DNA of 63,759 bases, filler included, from Octopus bimaculoides (taxonomy: Eukaryota), in the NCBI RefSeq assembly GCF_001194135.2. It is 8 parts of 8 records of this genome, joined end to end, with 100 filler letters (N's around TTAATTAATTAA, not from the genome) between each part and the next. Parts side by side here need not be neighbours in the genome. Positions count along the whole stretch, not along the records: positions 12,682 to 42,907 come from NC_068986.1; 7 more parts are not named here. One strand, written 5' to 3'. Under the pieces are notes generated by a model, which saw only the letters and a list, made by a program, of their open reading frames with translations, did not search any database and was not told the DNA's origin. The translations under genes were made by a program, and so were the position numbers. Of this stretch, positions 12,582 through 27,561 are shown in pieces. The first letter of the stretch is position 1. Each line of letters begins with the position of its first letter.

Positions 12582-13073
12582 NNNNNNNNNNNNNNNNNNN
12601 NNNNNNNNNNNNNNNNNNNNNNNNNTTAATTAATTAANNNNNNNNNNNNNNNNNNNNNNNNNNNNNNNNNNNNNNNNNNNNTATATATATATAGATATAT
12701 ATATATATATATATACGTGTGTGTGTGTGTGTTCTTTCATTCTCTCGCCTGTCTTTCTTTTCTTTCTTTATTCCATTCTTTTGCTCTTTTTTATTTATTT
12801 TATTCCTTTGGCTCTTTTCCTACTTTGATTCTTGTGTCTTTGTTCATTTGCTCTTATTCATGTTCCGTTTCTCTTTCTCCGCTTTTATCTATTTATCTTT
12901 CTATCTATCTACTGTGCATACATGCACACATACAGCCATAATCACACACACAGTCATACACAAACATAAATATAAATATATGCATAACGCGAATATATGC
13001 ACGCATGCACACACAAATGCACTTTCATGCATGCAAACATCACTCATACATACATACATACCTGCATGCATGC

Positions 13074-13104
<31 letters not shown>

Positions 13105-15037
13105 CATACATACATACATACATGGCTGGCAGTATTGTAACTAATCTGGGATGGATATCTCTGTCCATCTTCATAAGATTGCTTACGTATTTGAATGTAT
13201 TTGTGCGTCTTTGAGTCTGTGATGGAGAAGGGAGGGGTTGCTATTCTCTCTTCAGATACGTTTTCTACATCATTAGCTGAAGAATGGACGTCACATATAT
13301 GTTATGTGTCACTAAGGGATATTTTCAGGTCTTATGGATTAAAGTTACTCATTGGTTATCAAAATATATGCTGTACTTCATGTAATCTGTGTCTGTTTCT
13401 GTAGGCACGCACGAATGAACATTTGCACACACATGCATTCATTTATATGCAAACACACATTCACGCGTTTTATCATAGTGTCCGGTAAGGATAAGTCATC
13501 GTAATGTAAGATTCCTACCCATCTTAGACCAAAGATGTCAACGCTAACAGTTCCGACAATATCTGATATACATGACATATTTGTTTTATCTATTACTTCT
13601 TTCAGTCATTAGACAGAGGCTATGATGGGACAGAGCATTGGAGAAATTTAATCGAAAGAACCGACCCCACATCTGATTTTGGGGGCCGGGTATTTCTTTG
13701 AACATTCTCTACTACCGAATCGTTAATTTACGGAGACGTAAACAAACCGACATTGGTTGTCAAGCGATGTTAGACGACAACATTCGGATATAAAGACACA
13801 AACACATACATTGAGAAAATATCACATTCTCTCGATATCCCTCTCCATATTGACTCAATAATATACACCCTTAAAATTCGTTGTTTATCTGGGTTGTTTG
13901 GTTAAAATAAAATCTATGTTCAATGAATAATAGGAGATATGGTTTCAATTTTCAGATACCGTGTTGTCCTGACCATTGCGGCCGGTCGCTGCAGCGTGAA
14001 TTTGCGATCCAGTAGAATCTTAGATTGATGTCAAAAACGTTTTATCACAGATCTATCCATGATAAGCGTACCGTGGCTCACGATTGAGCGTAACTTGCTA
14101 ACCGGATCGAAGAGTACTGAATCAGTAAAAACGAGGATTCATTCCTCATATTTTCAAATCATTAATATTCTTAAGCCATTTCTGATCAATGTTTATTAAG
14201 CTCAGCGTGAATCTTCAAGATTCGATTTATTATCATTAACAGCTTACGCCATTTTCTATATATCTTGTTCTGTTATAGTGAGGGTTTTAGTGTTGTTACT
14301 CTAACACGTGTAACTTATATTTAAGTGAATATAGACACGTTTCACAAACACATAAGAGAAAACCGCAATAGCACTAGAGATGTGATATTTTATTTTTGTT
14401 CAAAAGTTTCAACTATTTCAAGTGATACCAACCAATGGACAAGTCTGAACCCGATGGAAAGTAATGAAATCTCGCTCTTATTTCCTGTAAGACCGGTCAT
14501 TAATTTAACGCGCATCACAATACAACGGAGCACCTTTGTGGATGCCAGTGAATGAGTGAGTGTGCGTGTGTGCGTGATATGATTTTCGGTGGAAACATTT
14601 GCGTGTGTTTTTGGATAAATGGACGGCTTAGTTTTCGTTTTTCTTTCATAACCTTCCTCTCTTTACAGGTTAAATATTTTTGGACATTAGAATTATTTCT
14701 TGACAGAAAAGGTGTCCGGCACTTAATAATTATCACACTTATACACACACACATACAGAGACGCACACACGTTCACACACACATATATGCATATACATAG
14801 GTGTATGTATATATATACATACCAATATAAGCATATTATGTGTGTATGTGTTGGAACTTTTACCTCACTCACCTCCTCCACGTATCTCATATACTCGTTG
14901 ACCGGGAGTCAAGTTTGAGGTGCCGACTGACTGTCGATATTTGACTCACATTTACATAGACACTTAAAATAAGGAGCGAAACTATGGTAGAATCTACGAG
15001 TGGTGGCTAATCTGAGCTTTCTACAGATATTTGTATA

Positions 15038-16284
15038 CGCAGACACGACAGAAGTAAATACATCCATATAATCATTAAAATTTATTTAAATCTGAAATTA
15101 TACATTTAAATCATTTATTAATCGTCATGATGTGAATATTTAATACTTAATAGACATGCCCTTTGCATTTTTCAATGCAAGGACCCGATTAGATATGTTA
15201 CTGATCCGATGACAAATATTCTCTTACAGAATTTCTTGCCACGTTTCATGCAGTAATCTCGAACTATCTGACTTTGAAGATACTCTCTTGTTCCTTTTTA
15301 TGAAGTGCCCGGTCCATTGTGTCCCAGAGGAGTTCAATAGGGTTCATATCTGGTGACTGGTTTGGCCATGGAAACTTTTTAATGCCATTCTCATTCAACA
15401 AATCTTGGGTCATTTCCGACGTGTGACAAGTAGCCTCATCTTCCATAAATAAAGAGTCTTCTTTAATCATTTCACCACTGGAGAAAATTGGAAGGAGTCC
15501 TTTCTGAAATATGGACGAATATATATTTGAGTGTATGTTTCCCTCCCACTCCACCAACTCTGATCAACCATTTCTCCAAATTGCTCCCCAGAACATCACA
15601 GATTAGCTGACGTATTTCATTGTTGGCTGTAATCTTTTCCCATCAAATTCTTGATCACAGAGTCTCCAGACCCACAGTGGACCACTGGAAGTACCGCAAA
15701 TCTGGACTCATCAGAGAATATGACAGTGTCTCAAAATGGTAGTAGTCTCTCCACCATATCACTGGCCCAATCTTTACGCTTGATGCTGAGTGGTCGAAGA
15801 AATGGCTTCCTTCTTGCTGCTCTGCTATAGTAACCAAGTTTGTGGAGACACCGGACAGTTGTTCTATGACTGCCATCAACTTGTTCTGCTATTTCAGAAG
15901 ACTTGCAGCGAGGATTATCCTCCACACTTATCTAACAAAGAGAAGGGTCCTGTCAGAGAGCCCTGGTTGATGTGGGCAAGGTGATGTGGACTCCTATCCC
16001 CTCGCTGGTGGATTGCACAATCAATCTATTAACTGTATAAATTGGATCCCAATGTTTTTTTTTCGATTTTACGCAAAGTCCACCTTCCGAATTACCCCCA
16101 ATACGACCTCTTTGAAGTTCACACAGTTCTAAGGCTTCCTTTGTACGTGGCATGATTAAACAGTCACATATAGAACCTGAAACATAAAAATGTCAATTAA
16201 TAAAAACAATATATAAACCTTTATAAGTTAGAATAAATACAACGATGTTTTACGAGCTGTCTATTTACCTCTGTCATGTTTGTC
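15038..16284 (-). mobile_element. Near full-length decayed Tc1 (DD34E) transposon; transposase relic 16153->15140
   Basis: MPRTKE...LQRGRI, YSRAARRKPFL, VIFSDESRF, VMFWGAI, FMEDEATCHTS...WPNQSPDMNPIELLW (34 residues between D and E), AKGMSIKY*. 23-bp TIRs match 18/23 and both are flanked by TA. Confidence 0.88.
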
Positions 16285-18018
16285 TATATTGTTGCTATTA
16301 TGTTAAATTGTCGTATGTCCAAATTTGGCTAAATGTATAATTTTTTGTGTGCTTGCAATAGCCGGTACCTCTGGTCAAATCGTATTTCCACCTGCTTCAG
16401 ATGCCATGATACCAAAAAATTGTAAAAGTGTAGTACAACAGTTTTGCCATGGAATGGTGAAATTATCTTCTCGTTTTTTGAAAGAGAAACATTTTGGACT
16501 TACGACACTTTTGCATAACGGCAATGATACATATATATACACACACGTGTGTGTGAGTATGTATATGTATGTACTTAATATCTATTTATATGCGATATGC
16601 GTGTGTATGCTAGCAAGTGTGTGTGTGTTTGTGTGGTTGTATGAATGTATTCATGTTATGTATGTATGTTATTTATCTGTTGTACTTGAAGCGTTAAGAA
16701 TATGTTGTGTACTATTTTCAATTGTAATTACATTTCATACAAGATAAATTGAAACAAACTAATTTAAAATTTTCACTAAGTGAAGCAGTACAACATTAAT
16801 GCATCTATTATTGAATACACATAGCTTTCATAGTTTCGAAAAATAATACAACTTTTAGATGTTTCTGCTCTTTATCCATATATTTCGTACGTAAATACAT
16901 TTATAAATTATTAGATTGAGTCTCCTAACTATTATTATTTTTCTTAATTGCTTTATTACTTTTCAATATTAATAAGACGAACAATTTTTGACAAATGTTT
17001 TATCATAAGATACACAAAAATATAGTTATTTTGAAGAACAGTTTTTATGATAAAAGTTTGATTAAAGCTTTTTTTGAAAAAAATCTACGCTTAAACGAAC
17101 AATTTATTTAAGACTTTTTCACGTCTTCACACAAAACAATTTATTCTACTTTAAATTGTTAATTATAACAAGATGTATTCATCAAGTGCATTTTAAAACT
17201 AAAGTAGACTGAGAGGAAAAGCACAAAATAATGGATATATAATCATCTTCAGGGATATCTAATATATTTGTGTGCACTCGGATGTGAAAAATGCTTTCGC
17301 TGCGTCAATAGCTTCGGAAGAAAAATCACCTTCCATACAATACGAACAAATAATACGTTTACAGACATAGATAATTGTTAGTCAAGCTGCAATAAAATAA
17401 CAGGTGTCAGACGGAGCTGCGTCAATTATAATGTATCTTATACAATGATTCTTAACATGTTCATGTCCACACGAAGATAGGAACAGATTCATCTAGGGAA
17501 ATAGTCACGGGAAAAATGTCTGACATAGACACTATCTTTAGAATATATTCGGCTAAAAATGACGTCACTGGATCGTAAACAGTGTTTCAGTGTTTAATTC
17601 CAAATTGACAGAAATTAATGCATAGCAGCAAAAGTAGAATTTTCTTTTCTTTTATAAGAAAACTACCATTCATACATCGCTGTGAATAACGTATTAGATG
17701 TTTGTAGTTGAGGACGAGCTACGAACCCCAACCCTGCTGTAATACCAAATATGTAACGCAAACACAAATGCTTCAAAAGACAAGCAATGTGAAAAGGAAG
17801 TAGATACTGCATCTACTTTATAGATATTTTAAACAATCGTCCAAGTGTTAGTCAAACCATGATTTCGTTATGGGTTTCATTAATGCAGAGAGAGATGTAT
17901 ACGTTTGACCCATGCTTCAATTGATCGTCTTGTATCCAAGATACCCGTGAGAAGTGGGAATATATATACGTATATACATAATATATAAATAAATATATAT
18001 ACGCATATATATATATAT

Positions 18019-18074
<56 letters not shown>

Positions 18075-18116
18075 NNNNNNNNNNNNNNNNNNNNNNNNNN
18101 NNNNNNNNNNNNNNNN

Positions 18117-18156
<40 letters not shown>

Positions 18157-18176
18157 AGATATAAATAGATAAATGT

Positions 18177-18229
<53 letters not shown>

Positions 18230-19666
18230 GGGATAGATAAATACATATCTATGTATATATGTATGTATGGGTATGTACAACCGCTGATATATTCACATAT
18301 ACATATACGCAGTTCATGCTCAAAGCAGTCTTTTATAATTTTATACAGACGCACTCACTCACAAGCACACATACACACAAATACACACCCACACACCCAC
18401 ATGCATACACAGATACATATTCATATATCTATCTATCTATCTATATATATATATATATATATATATNNNNNNNNNNNNNNNNNNNNNNNNNNNNNNNNNN
18501 NNNNNNNNNNNNNNNNNNNNNNNNNNNNNNNNNNNNNNNNNNNNNNNNNNNNNNNNNNNNNNNNNNNNNNNNNNNNNNNNNNNNNNNNNNNNNNNNNNNN
18601 NNNNNGAGAGTGAGAGAGAGAGAGAGAGTGAGAGTGAGAGAGAGAGAGAGAGTGAGAGTGAGAGAGAGAGAGAGAGATGTATGTGTGTATATATGTATAT
18701 AAATATATGTCCGCTCTACTAATGGCTGATGAAAATATGCAATTTCCCAAACCATCACTTACATCAGTAAAAGTTTCTCTTCCTGTTCGGTTCTATTTCC
18801 TCTCCGCCATATTCTATTAATGTGAAGCTATTTCCGGGCCACAATCCATTTGACTTATTATAAACCCCTGTTGCATACCTTGTCACCCTCGTCCCGATCT
18901 CATAGTTTCATTGCTACAGAAAACTCACCAGCACAATATATATTCATCCGAAATTTATTTTTTCCAAACATATTGCACTAACTCTTGATGTTTCCCTCAC
19001 TCTCTCTATCTCTTTCTCTCTCTCTATGTATCTACCTATCTCTCTATTTCTCTTCTGTCCCATTCTCTCTCTAACAGTATTTTTGTGTGTGAGTTTGTCT
19101 ATATATACCCTAGTCTCTTCTCTCTCCCCCCCCTCTTTCTCTCTCTTTCTCCCTTCATATGTGTATATAATATATATAGATTAGTAAGAATTTTATATAG
19201 TGGATGTTGTACTTTTGGCCTTTAAATTTTCAGAGTACAAGATTAAATCTAAGCAAACCGAAGATAAAAGTATAGATATTCTTGAGCGAGCTACCACAAA
19301 GAAAACCCCAAAATATTCACACAACACAAAGTTCTGCTTTCAGAAATCTACATACATGAATATATTCTAAACAATAATCTCAAATTTAATCAATGAATAT
19401 TCCTCCAAATCAACTCTATAGAACAGGCAACATTAAAAACCTAATTTCCACTCCACTCAAACTCGCGCATCGAACGACGTCTTTAAAGTCAACAAATACT
19501 GTATAAAGCCAAGATTAACTTCAATGCATCGCAGTCCGACGTTAGCTTAACTGGCCGAAACTCTGTAGTTGTTTCCGTGTTCAGTCCTACTGCGTGGCAC
19601 CTTGGGCAAGTATCTTCTACTGTCGCCTCGGGCTGACCAAATCCTTGTGAATATACACACACACAC

Positions 19667-19699
<33 letters not shown>

Positions 19700-20006
19700 N
19701 NNNNNNNNNNNNNNNNNNNNNNNNNNNNNNNNNNNNNNNNNNNNNNNNNNNNNNNNNNNNNNNNNNNNNNNNNNNNNNNNNNNNNNNNNNNNNNNNNNNN
19801 NNNNNNNNNNNNNNNNNNNNNNNNNNNNNNNNNNNNNNNNNNNNNNNNNNNNNNNNNNNNNNNNNNNNNNNNNNNNNNNNNNNNNNNNNNNNNNNNNNNN
19901 NNNNNNNNNNNGGTTCGATCTATTCGACTAAAGGCCGTGCTCCAAATAAAACCACAAATAAATTAATTTTTAAAAAGTGTGTGTGTGCTTCAGTGAGTGT
20001 TTGTTT

Positions 20007-20051
<45 letters not shown>

Positions 20052-20212
20052 CGTGCTTTCCATTTGTTCGTACTTGTATAATATATTTTCTGAAATTAAA
20101 TTTCTATGCAACGCCAAGCATCTTCTTGTTTTGTTAACCGTCGGTGAATTTACATTTTTGTGTGACGTCTTATTCTGTCTCTCTTCTTCCTTACTTTCCT
20201 GTTTGCTCTCTT

Positions 20213-20308
<96 letters not shown>

Positions 20309-21199
20309 TCATCTCCTATCACTCTCTTTCTCTCTCCGTTGCTCTCTCTATCTCTTATATCCTTTCTCTCCCTCCTACCACTAACACACGACGCGTGGTC
20401 ACCGCCACCTATCTTCTCCCTGTTTTTTCCTCCCTGATCGCTCAGGCCACTTGTCGTGTTTCCCTTGTCTCCCAATTTCAACACGATTTGCTGTCACTCA
20501 GTTCTTTACGTTTCTGATTCTTCACGATACTCTTCCTGGCGTCACCCATATTTTGGCCTCAACTTTCAATCATTAAGGCGTCATTCTTTTTTTATTTTTT
20601 TTAAATTTTGTTTGTATGTCAACATTTGTTGTGTTTGTTTTCGTCTCTGGACACTTGTCCGTTCGTTACTCGTCCTCGTCTTCTCTTTAATATTATTTTC
20701 GTTGTATAATCTATAATTATTTTTTCTTTTTTTTTTTTATATTTTCACGCTCTGTCGTGCTTGATCCCTTTTCGGCCCGCTATTTCCCAGCAGCTTCTCG
20801 TCGCTGATGCAACTAAAGAGATTCAAAATAATCCTTAAAAGCATGAAATTCTTACGATCCTTTAGACGATAGCTGTAGCGGATTTAACAACATTCTCGGT
20901 GTCTATTATCCGTTTGTTCCGTTCGTTTGTACTTCTATATATTTTTGAACTCATACACACGCATATGTACCGTTTTCATTTTTGACAGAAGATGTCGAGC
21001 CACATTGAGCTATATGTAATGGCATACAAGTATTGTGTTGAGAAAACTCAGTTGGATAAAAGAATTGTTAGGCTAAACATGGGGCACAAAATTATATCTC
21101 CTGTAATTATGACAGACGTTCTGCCACTGTACCAAATCGAGATTTTATATATATATATATAAATGTACATATATATAAAAATATATATATTATAGAGTT

Positions 21200-21271
<72 letters not shown>

Positions 21272-21714
21272 CATACCTTTATATATATATATGTGTGCAT
21301 GAATGTATATTTATATAGTATATAATTTATATATATATATATATATATATATACGACGGTCTTCTTTCAGTTTCCGTCTACCAAATCCACTCAAAAGGCT
21401 TTGGTCAGGGAAAGCACTTGCCCACAGTAACACGCAATGGAATTGAATCAGGTACCACGTGGTTGGCGGGCAGGCTACTTACCACACAGCTCCTCCAGCG
21501 CCTAGGTAACGATATTGAAACTGATAACGTATTATTATTGATTTGGGTCAGCGACATAATTAAAAACGAGTCAGATTTATCGTAGGTATTATTTCCGTTC
21601 TCAAAATAATACTTTCCCTCTGTTTTGAACATTGAAAATGTCTGACTGACTGGTTTTTCCTTCTCTCTCTCCTCTCTCTCTCCTCTCTCTCTCCCTCCCT
21701 CCCTCTCTTTCTCT

Positions 21715-21775
<61 letters not shown>

Positions 21776-21934
21776 TGGTTATTTCACGTATATCTTTTTC
21801 ATGAAGGATTAGATACATGTTTTTGTGTTAATCGACACATCGACACAACTGTAATGTTGATAAATTTATATTGCATTGCATATTTATATTTTTAAGTCGA
21901 TTATGTCAAATAACGATGCTCGACGTGGGGAACA

Positions 21935-21975
<41 letters not shown>

Positions 21976-22479
21976 TTTTATTTTATTTTATTGTATATTA
22001 TATTGTTGGATTTAAGACTATCGATCAAGTAATTCATTCGCTTTCAGTCTTATCTTTGAGTTTGGCTGGGTGTAGCCTCTTTTAAATTTCCCTTCGTGAA
22101 TTTTTATACAGTGGGATACACATATACCGACTGATCTCTATATGTACTCAATGGATAACGAACAGTGTTTCGGAAGAAACATGAACCCGTACAGCGAACT
22201 GAAATTTGAACAGCAACAACGGGCAGATTATGCATGCCTATAAGTAACCGGGAGACAAATCATGTAGTAAGCTAAATTTTGAAAACACAGCACGAGCGTT
22301 TATACGAAGAGTACGTAAAGAGGCTAACAGGATAGCGAACAGTTTACTAAATAATATTCAGCGAAGGATCTAACCTTTGAACCACAAAGCATGAGGTGGC
22401 CTGCACACACATATGAGTGGTTGGGAGAACATCTATAATTAGTACGCTGAATTCGAAGTGCGCATCTATTCTTTTATTT

Positions 22480-22653
22480 GTTACAGTCATTTGACTGCGG
22501 CCATGCTGGAGCACCACCTATAGTCGAACAAATCGACCTCAGAACTTATTCTCTGTAATCCAAGTACTTATTCTATTGGTCTCTTTGCCGAACCGATAAG
22601 TTACAGTAACGTAAACACACCCCAGCATCGGTTGTCAAGCGATGGTCGGCGGA

Positions 22654-22655
<2 letters not shown>
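22480..22655 (-). mobile_element. SINE family C copy (GTACTAGGCTT...CCAGCATGGCCGCAGTC)
   Basis: Recurs at 13600-13790 (-), 32040-32190 (+), 40690-40860 (+), 42595-42750 (-) and 57495-58065 (+, split by insertion). Confidence 0.75.
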
Positions 22656-22751
<96 letters not shown>

Positions 22752-23333
22752 CGACAGGCTTCTTTCAGTTTCTGTCTACCAAATCCACCTGATCGGTCCG
22801 TGGCTATAGTAGAAGACACTTACACAAGGTGCCACGCGGTGCGACTGAAGCCGTTCCTTGCTAGAAACGTTTACCATGAATCGACAGAAGCAAGAGAAAC
22901 GGAAAGGCGTGCGCACACATACACACACGCATACACACGCACACACTCACATACACAGAAACATTTATAAGTGTTTATGTACTTGCAATTGATGGAAAGG
23001 GAAAAAAGTAAATTATTTCATTTCTTTACGTGAAGTATGGGTGTGGCATAGAAAGTATTATCCTAGTCTATATGTATGTCTGTTTATTCATGAAACAAAG
23101 AATCTGGTTAACGAACGGGATTCCGGAATGTATACACTCAAAAAACCAGTGTATATATATATATATATATATATACATATATATATCATTAGGTTAAATG
23201 GTCTCTGTGGAATGTCTTAAAAAATAAAAAGAATATGGATGCAGAAAAGAAAATGGATGCAGAAGTACGTCCATTACAAATTACAATAGCGATGATGAGG
23301 ATGATGATGAAACTACTATACTAAGAATAATAT

Positions 23334-23374
<41 letters not shown>

Positions 23375-23502
23375 TGTGTCTGTGTGTGTTTCTGTGTGTG
23401 TTTGTGTGTATATATATAATATATGCATGTATACAGACAGAGATAAATAAAAGATAAATAGATAGATAGATATATAGATAAATAGACAGACAGACAGTCA
23501 GG

Positions 23503-23569
<67 letters not shown>

Positions 23570-23606
23570 ATAGATAAATATGTAGATAGATAGACAGAAA
23601 AACAGG

Positions 23607-23652
<46 letters not shown>

Positions 23653-24056
23653 TATAGATAGATAGATAGATGGTTAGAGCTACGATATTTAGTTGGTGAA
23701 CAAAAATATAAGTAATAAATATATGTGAAGTAACCGTGACCTATTTCTTGTCGGTGTATCCAATGAAGCATGGAGCATATAATGGGAACACTTTAGAATA
23801 TAAAGATGTAGGTTTAGAGTTGCATAGATTCTTACAAGAATCACTCATTCGGGACCTATAACATAAACGCCATGAAAAAGACAAACACTAGTACGAACGC
23901 ACGCACTTTCGACACACATTCTCACACATAGGCATATACTAGCAAGCATACATTCACACCCACATACATATATAACAACACACACATTTACATATGCAGA
24001 CAACTATACAGATGTATGAGCACAGACATAAATATATCTATCCCTGTATGTCTGTC

Positions 24057-24113
<57 letters not shown>

Positions 24114-24704
24114 ACATATAATTACAAACGCACATACACACAGCTGTATATGCACGCATATACATTCTACGTACACATATGCGCAGTCACACACATATAC
24201 ACACATACGTATGTATGCGTGTGCACACTTGTATATACGCATACACAACAGCTGTAGGTGTTCATATATACGTGGGCACGTGAGAGAGTGAGTGTATGCT
24301 TGTGTGTGAGCATGCGTGTGTTCGCGCACGCGTATACGTGTGGCTTTATAATAACACTAACCTCCTTTTCTATAGAACCATTGAACGAACCGAATCCTTT
24401 TCTTGAGAACCAACACCGCACTAAGTTATTTGTAATACTATTGCAATCAAATGCTTTACCCCCCGTTTTTTTTATATATATTTATTTTCCGCATTTTACA
24501 TATTTTTATCGTTATTTCTTATGTGTTCTGTTCCAGTAATCACTTTTACCAATAAAGATTGTAAAGATTCCCCAATTCTATGGTGTCTAGACTTGGATGG
24601 ATTCTCTGGAATGTTTTCTGTATTTTTCTTTCCTTTATTTCTCTGATTGTATGTGTGTTTTGTCGGTTTATTTGTGTTTTTCTCTATAATATATGATCTC
24701 TCAC

Positions 24705-24750
<46 letters not shown>

Positions 24751-25164
24751 CACACACACATATAGTATTTCTGTATGTAATGTGTGTTTTAAATGAATTA
24801 TCCTTTTAATACTTATATATGTGAAATGCATGCATCTTTGTGGAATATGGCTGTCATTGATTTCATACTTGCTTCCGTTTTCCTTTCTCTATGTTGTTGT
24901 TGCTGCTGCAGTTGATTTGGCTGTTGTCGTTGCAATGATTAGATTCTAGTTTCGTTTTCACCATGCTGCAGTGTGCAAGTGTTTTTTTTTTGTTTGTGTA
25001 TGATGAATTTGTACAACTTTGTTTCTTCCCAGTGTATAAGACAGACGTATTCCTGATATTAATGCAGTTGTTGTCGTTGTTGTTGTAGTTGTTGTTGGTG
25101 GTGGTGGTGCTGGTTTTCTGCATTATGTGTTTGCAATATTTATTATTATTTATTTTGTTTATCT

Positions 25165-25380
25165 TCTAAGAAGGCGAACCGGTAGGATCGTTAGTGCCGG
25201 ATAAAAGGCGAATCGGTATTTCGTCCGTCTTTATGTTCGTAGTTCAAATTCCAGCGTGGTTGACTTTGCCTTTCATCTTTCAGCGAGTGGAGAAAAGAAA
25301 TACCCGCTGAGAACTAGGGTCGGGTAATAAATTAGACCCCCCCCCCCGAACTTGGTGATCTTGGACCCAAATTTGAAACG
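25165..25380 (+). mobile_element. SINE family B copy (GTTCAAATTCC...GTCGACTTTGCCTTTCATCC)
   Basis: B-box-like GTTCAAATTCC. Recurs at 705-790, 880-1035 (-), 7050-7225, 47480-47600 (-), 47620-47830, 47855-48010, 55040-55225 (-) and 61395-61560 (-). Confidence 0.8.
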
Positions 25381-26129
25381 AATATTTATTTTGTTTTCTT
25401 TGTGTAAAATGAATATAAGTATTGCTGTTTATAAACAAGAAACCAGCATTTAACATGTCGGGAAATGAGAGAGAACTTTTCTAACGACCCTCAGAAAATT
25501 TTGTTTTACACATAGTGTGATATCTCACTTCGTATACCCTGCATTCCTTTTAAAGAAACTCGAGCGCTTATAAGATGAAATATTCCAGTAATTTCAATTG
25601 GTTGCTTTGCTGTACACTCGTCTGAGTTTGTTTAAGTGGAAGATAAGAATTCGGAGGAGTTAAAGGATTGCGTCCATGGAAAATGACATAATGTGTACAA
25701 AGATACACGGGATCTGCTAAAAATCTGGCATTGCAGCTCGCTAAGGCGATCGTTTCCCAATTATAAAATAGTTTCGATTATGTAGATAAATTGCGTAACA
25801 GTTGCCACAGTTGGAGCCAAAACATCTCACTGAATGTGGGTTCAAATAACCTGTGCAGAATTTGTCGTAAGAACTGCAATTGAAATTTAAATTACTGGTT
25901 TCACCACATCGTCTGTCACGTGGTTTAATAAAGGACTAACTAAAACTTCAGAAAGAGAGGCCCGTTTGAAAAATATATTGCAACTGCACACAATGTCGGT
26001 TCGATCTGCAATAACCCTGCACCTTATTTTGCGACTTGTGTAGTGGGAGCATAAGTGATATGTGTCCCTGACATCGAAGCGGGTCCACGTGAAAACAACC
26101 ATTAATAATTGGGAAATGGAAATGTGGCA

Positions 26130-26372
26130 CACAGTGGGACTGAACCCGAATCATGTGGCTTCCACACATTTCTAACCACCGAGCCATGTGGCTTCCACAC
26201 ATTTCTGACTACCAAGTCGTGTGACTTCCATACATTTCTAACAACCTAACTACATGGCTGGTAAACAAACTTCTAACCTCCGAGCCATGTGGCTTCCACA
26301 CATTTCTAACAACCGAACCACGTGGCTGATAAATAAACTTCTAACCACCGAGCCGTGTGGCTTCCACACATT
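26130..26372 (-). repeat. 33/35-bp minisatellite built from a SINE head, upstream of one B box
   Basis: Unit starts at 26172, 26205, 26238, 26273, 26306, 26341. The reverse complement carries TGGCTCGGTGG (A-box-like) in repeats and a single GGTTCAGTCCC at 26135-26145. Confidence 0.8.
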
Positions 26373-27132
26373 TCCTTCTGCTGAATTCTTTGGTAAGGCA
26401 TTGATCGATTCTAGTATTGAATAGACGGTATCTGTTCGATTTGTGATGCAGTGAGGACGAGGCCGAAATTATACGGTTCCAAATTGGTATCTTCGCAGCC
26501 ATGTCTGCACCTGTCTTCTCTATATTCGATTATCATTCTCTTGTTTTTCTTTTGTTGTTTTCTTCGTTTCAGTCCCAAATAGATGGTGTCATATACTCTG
26601 ATCATCCCGCTATATTTTTTTGTACCTGGGCCTAAATTTTCCGATTTATACATCCCTGTTTTAAAGAATATATGCCATGTTTTATATAAAATTTCTAGCA
26701 GGAATGAACAAGCACGTCGAAGCTCCCTTGGTTTTCGCTTTTCGTGTGATGGTTCATTATTCAAATGCTGACAGTTTGGACTTTGCTGAAGATATCTCTA
26801 CAGAGACGTGAGATAGAATCTTCTTCAGGTGATGGTTGAAAACTTCAGCAGATGCTATCATCAGGTTTTGGATTCAATTAGCAGAAGAATTAAACAACAT
26901 TATTCATCTCAGTGCAGGAACATTTCAACATAATGCATTCCTTTGACTATTGGCTGATGTGAGCTTTAGAATTCAATAGTAGATTGCTATTTATTTCTTT
27001 TTTTAGTTTTTCATTCATCCTTCAACAGTAGTCTCAATGCCCATAATGGCGACTACATTTCTCCTGGCATACATACATACATAGAAACACATACATAAAT
27101 ATAGAAATGCATGTGTGTGTATGCATATGTAC

Positions 27133-27168
<36 letters not shown>

Positions 27169-27185
27169 ATGTGTGTATGTGTGTG

Positions 27186-27224
<39 letters not shown>

Positions 27225-27504
27225 GGAGAGATACACATTTATAAATATATGTGTATATATATATATATATATATACATACATACATGCATGTATACACTT
27301 AAGGCGTGTGTATAAATTTCAGTTCGTCGAGCTACGTGTATATATATTCTTTACATCTATTTTCTTACATATATCCTGATACTACATAGTGTGTTATGAG
27401 CGAAAGTAGATGTGCAATGTTGTTCTTATAACCATCTGTGTGTATTCAAGTATCTATATTACTATGTGTAAATGCATATATTTCTTTATGTAAATACCCC
27501 CCCC

Positions 27505-27561
<57 letters not shown>

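Noticed and set aside
16325-16747. ORF with a signal-peptide-like start (MAKCIIFCVLAIAG)
   Set aside because: Non-ATG start, runs into microsatellite, and adjoins a transposon end; no splice support.
22105-22411. Two short protein-like plus-strand frames
   Set aside because: Under 45 codons, in different frames, with no linked exons.
26172-26372. Regularly spaced 33-35-bp repeats suggestive of CRISPR
   Set aside because: Contiguous tandem units with no unique spacers and no cas genes, in a eukaryotic context.
26411-26764. IEYREDRC...NLEPYNFGLVL resembling iGluR S2 (EY...C...NL....YG)
   Set aside because: No flanking S2 motifs, an in-frame stop follows, and no usable donor was found; treated as chance.
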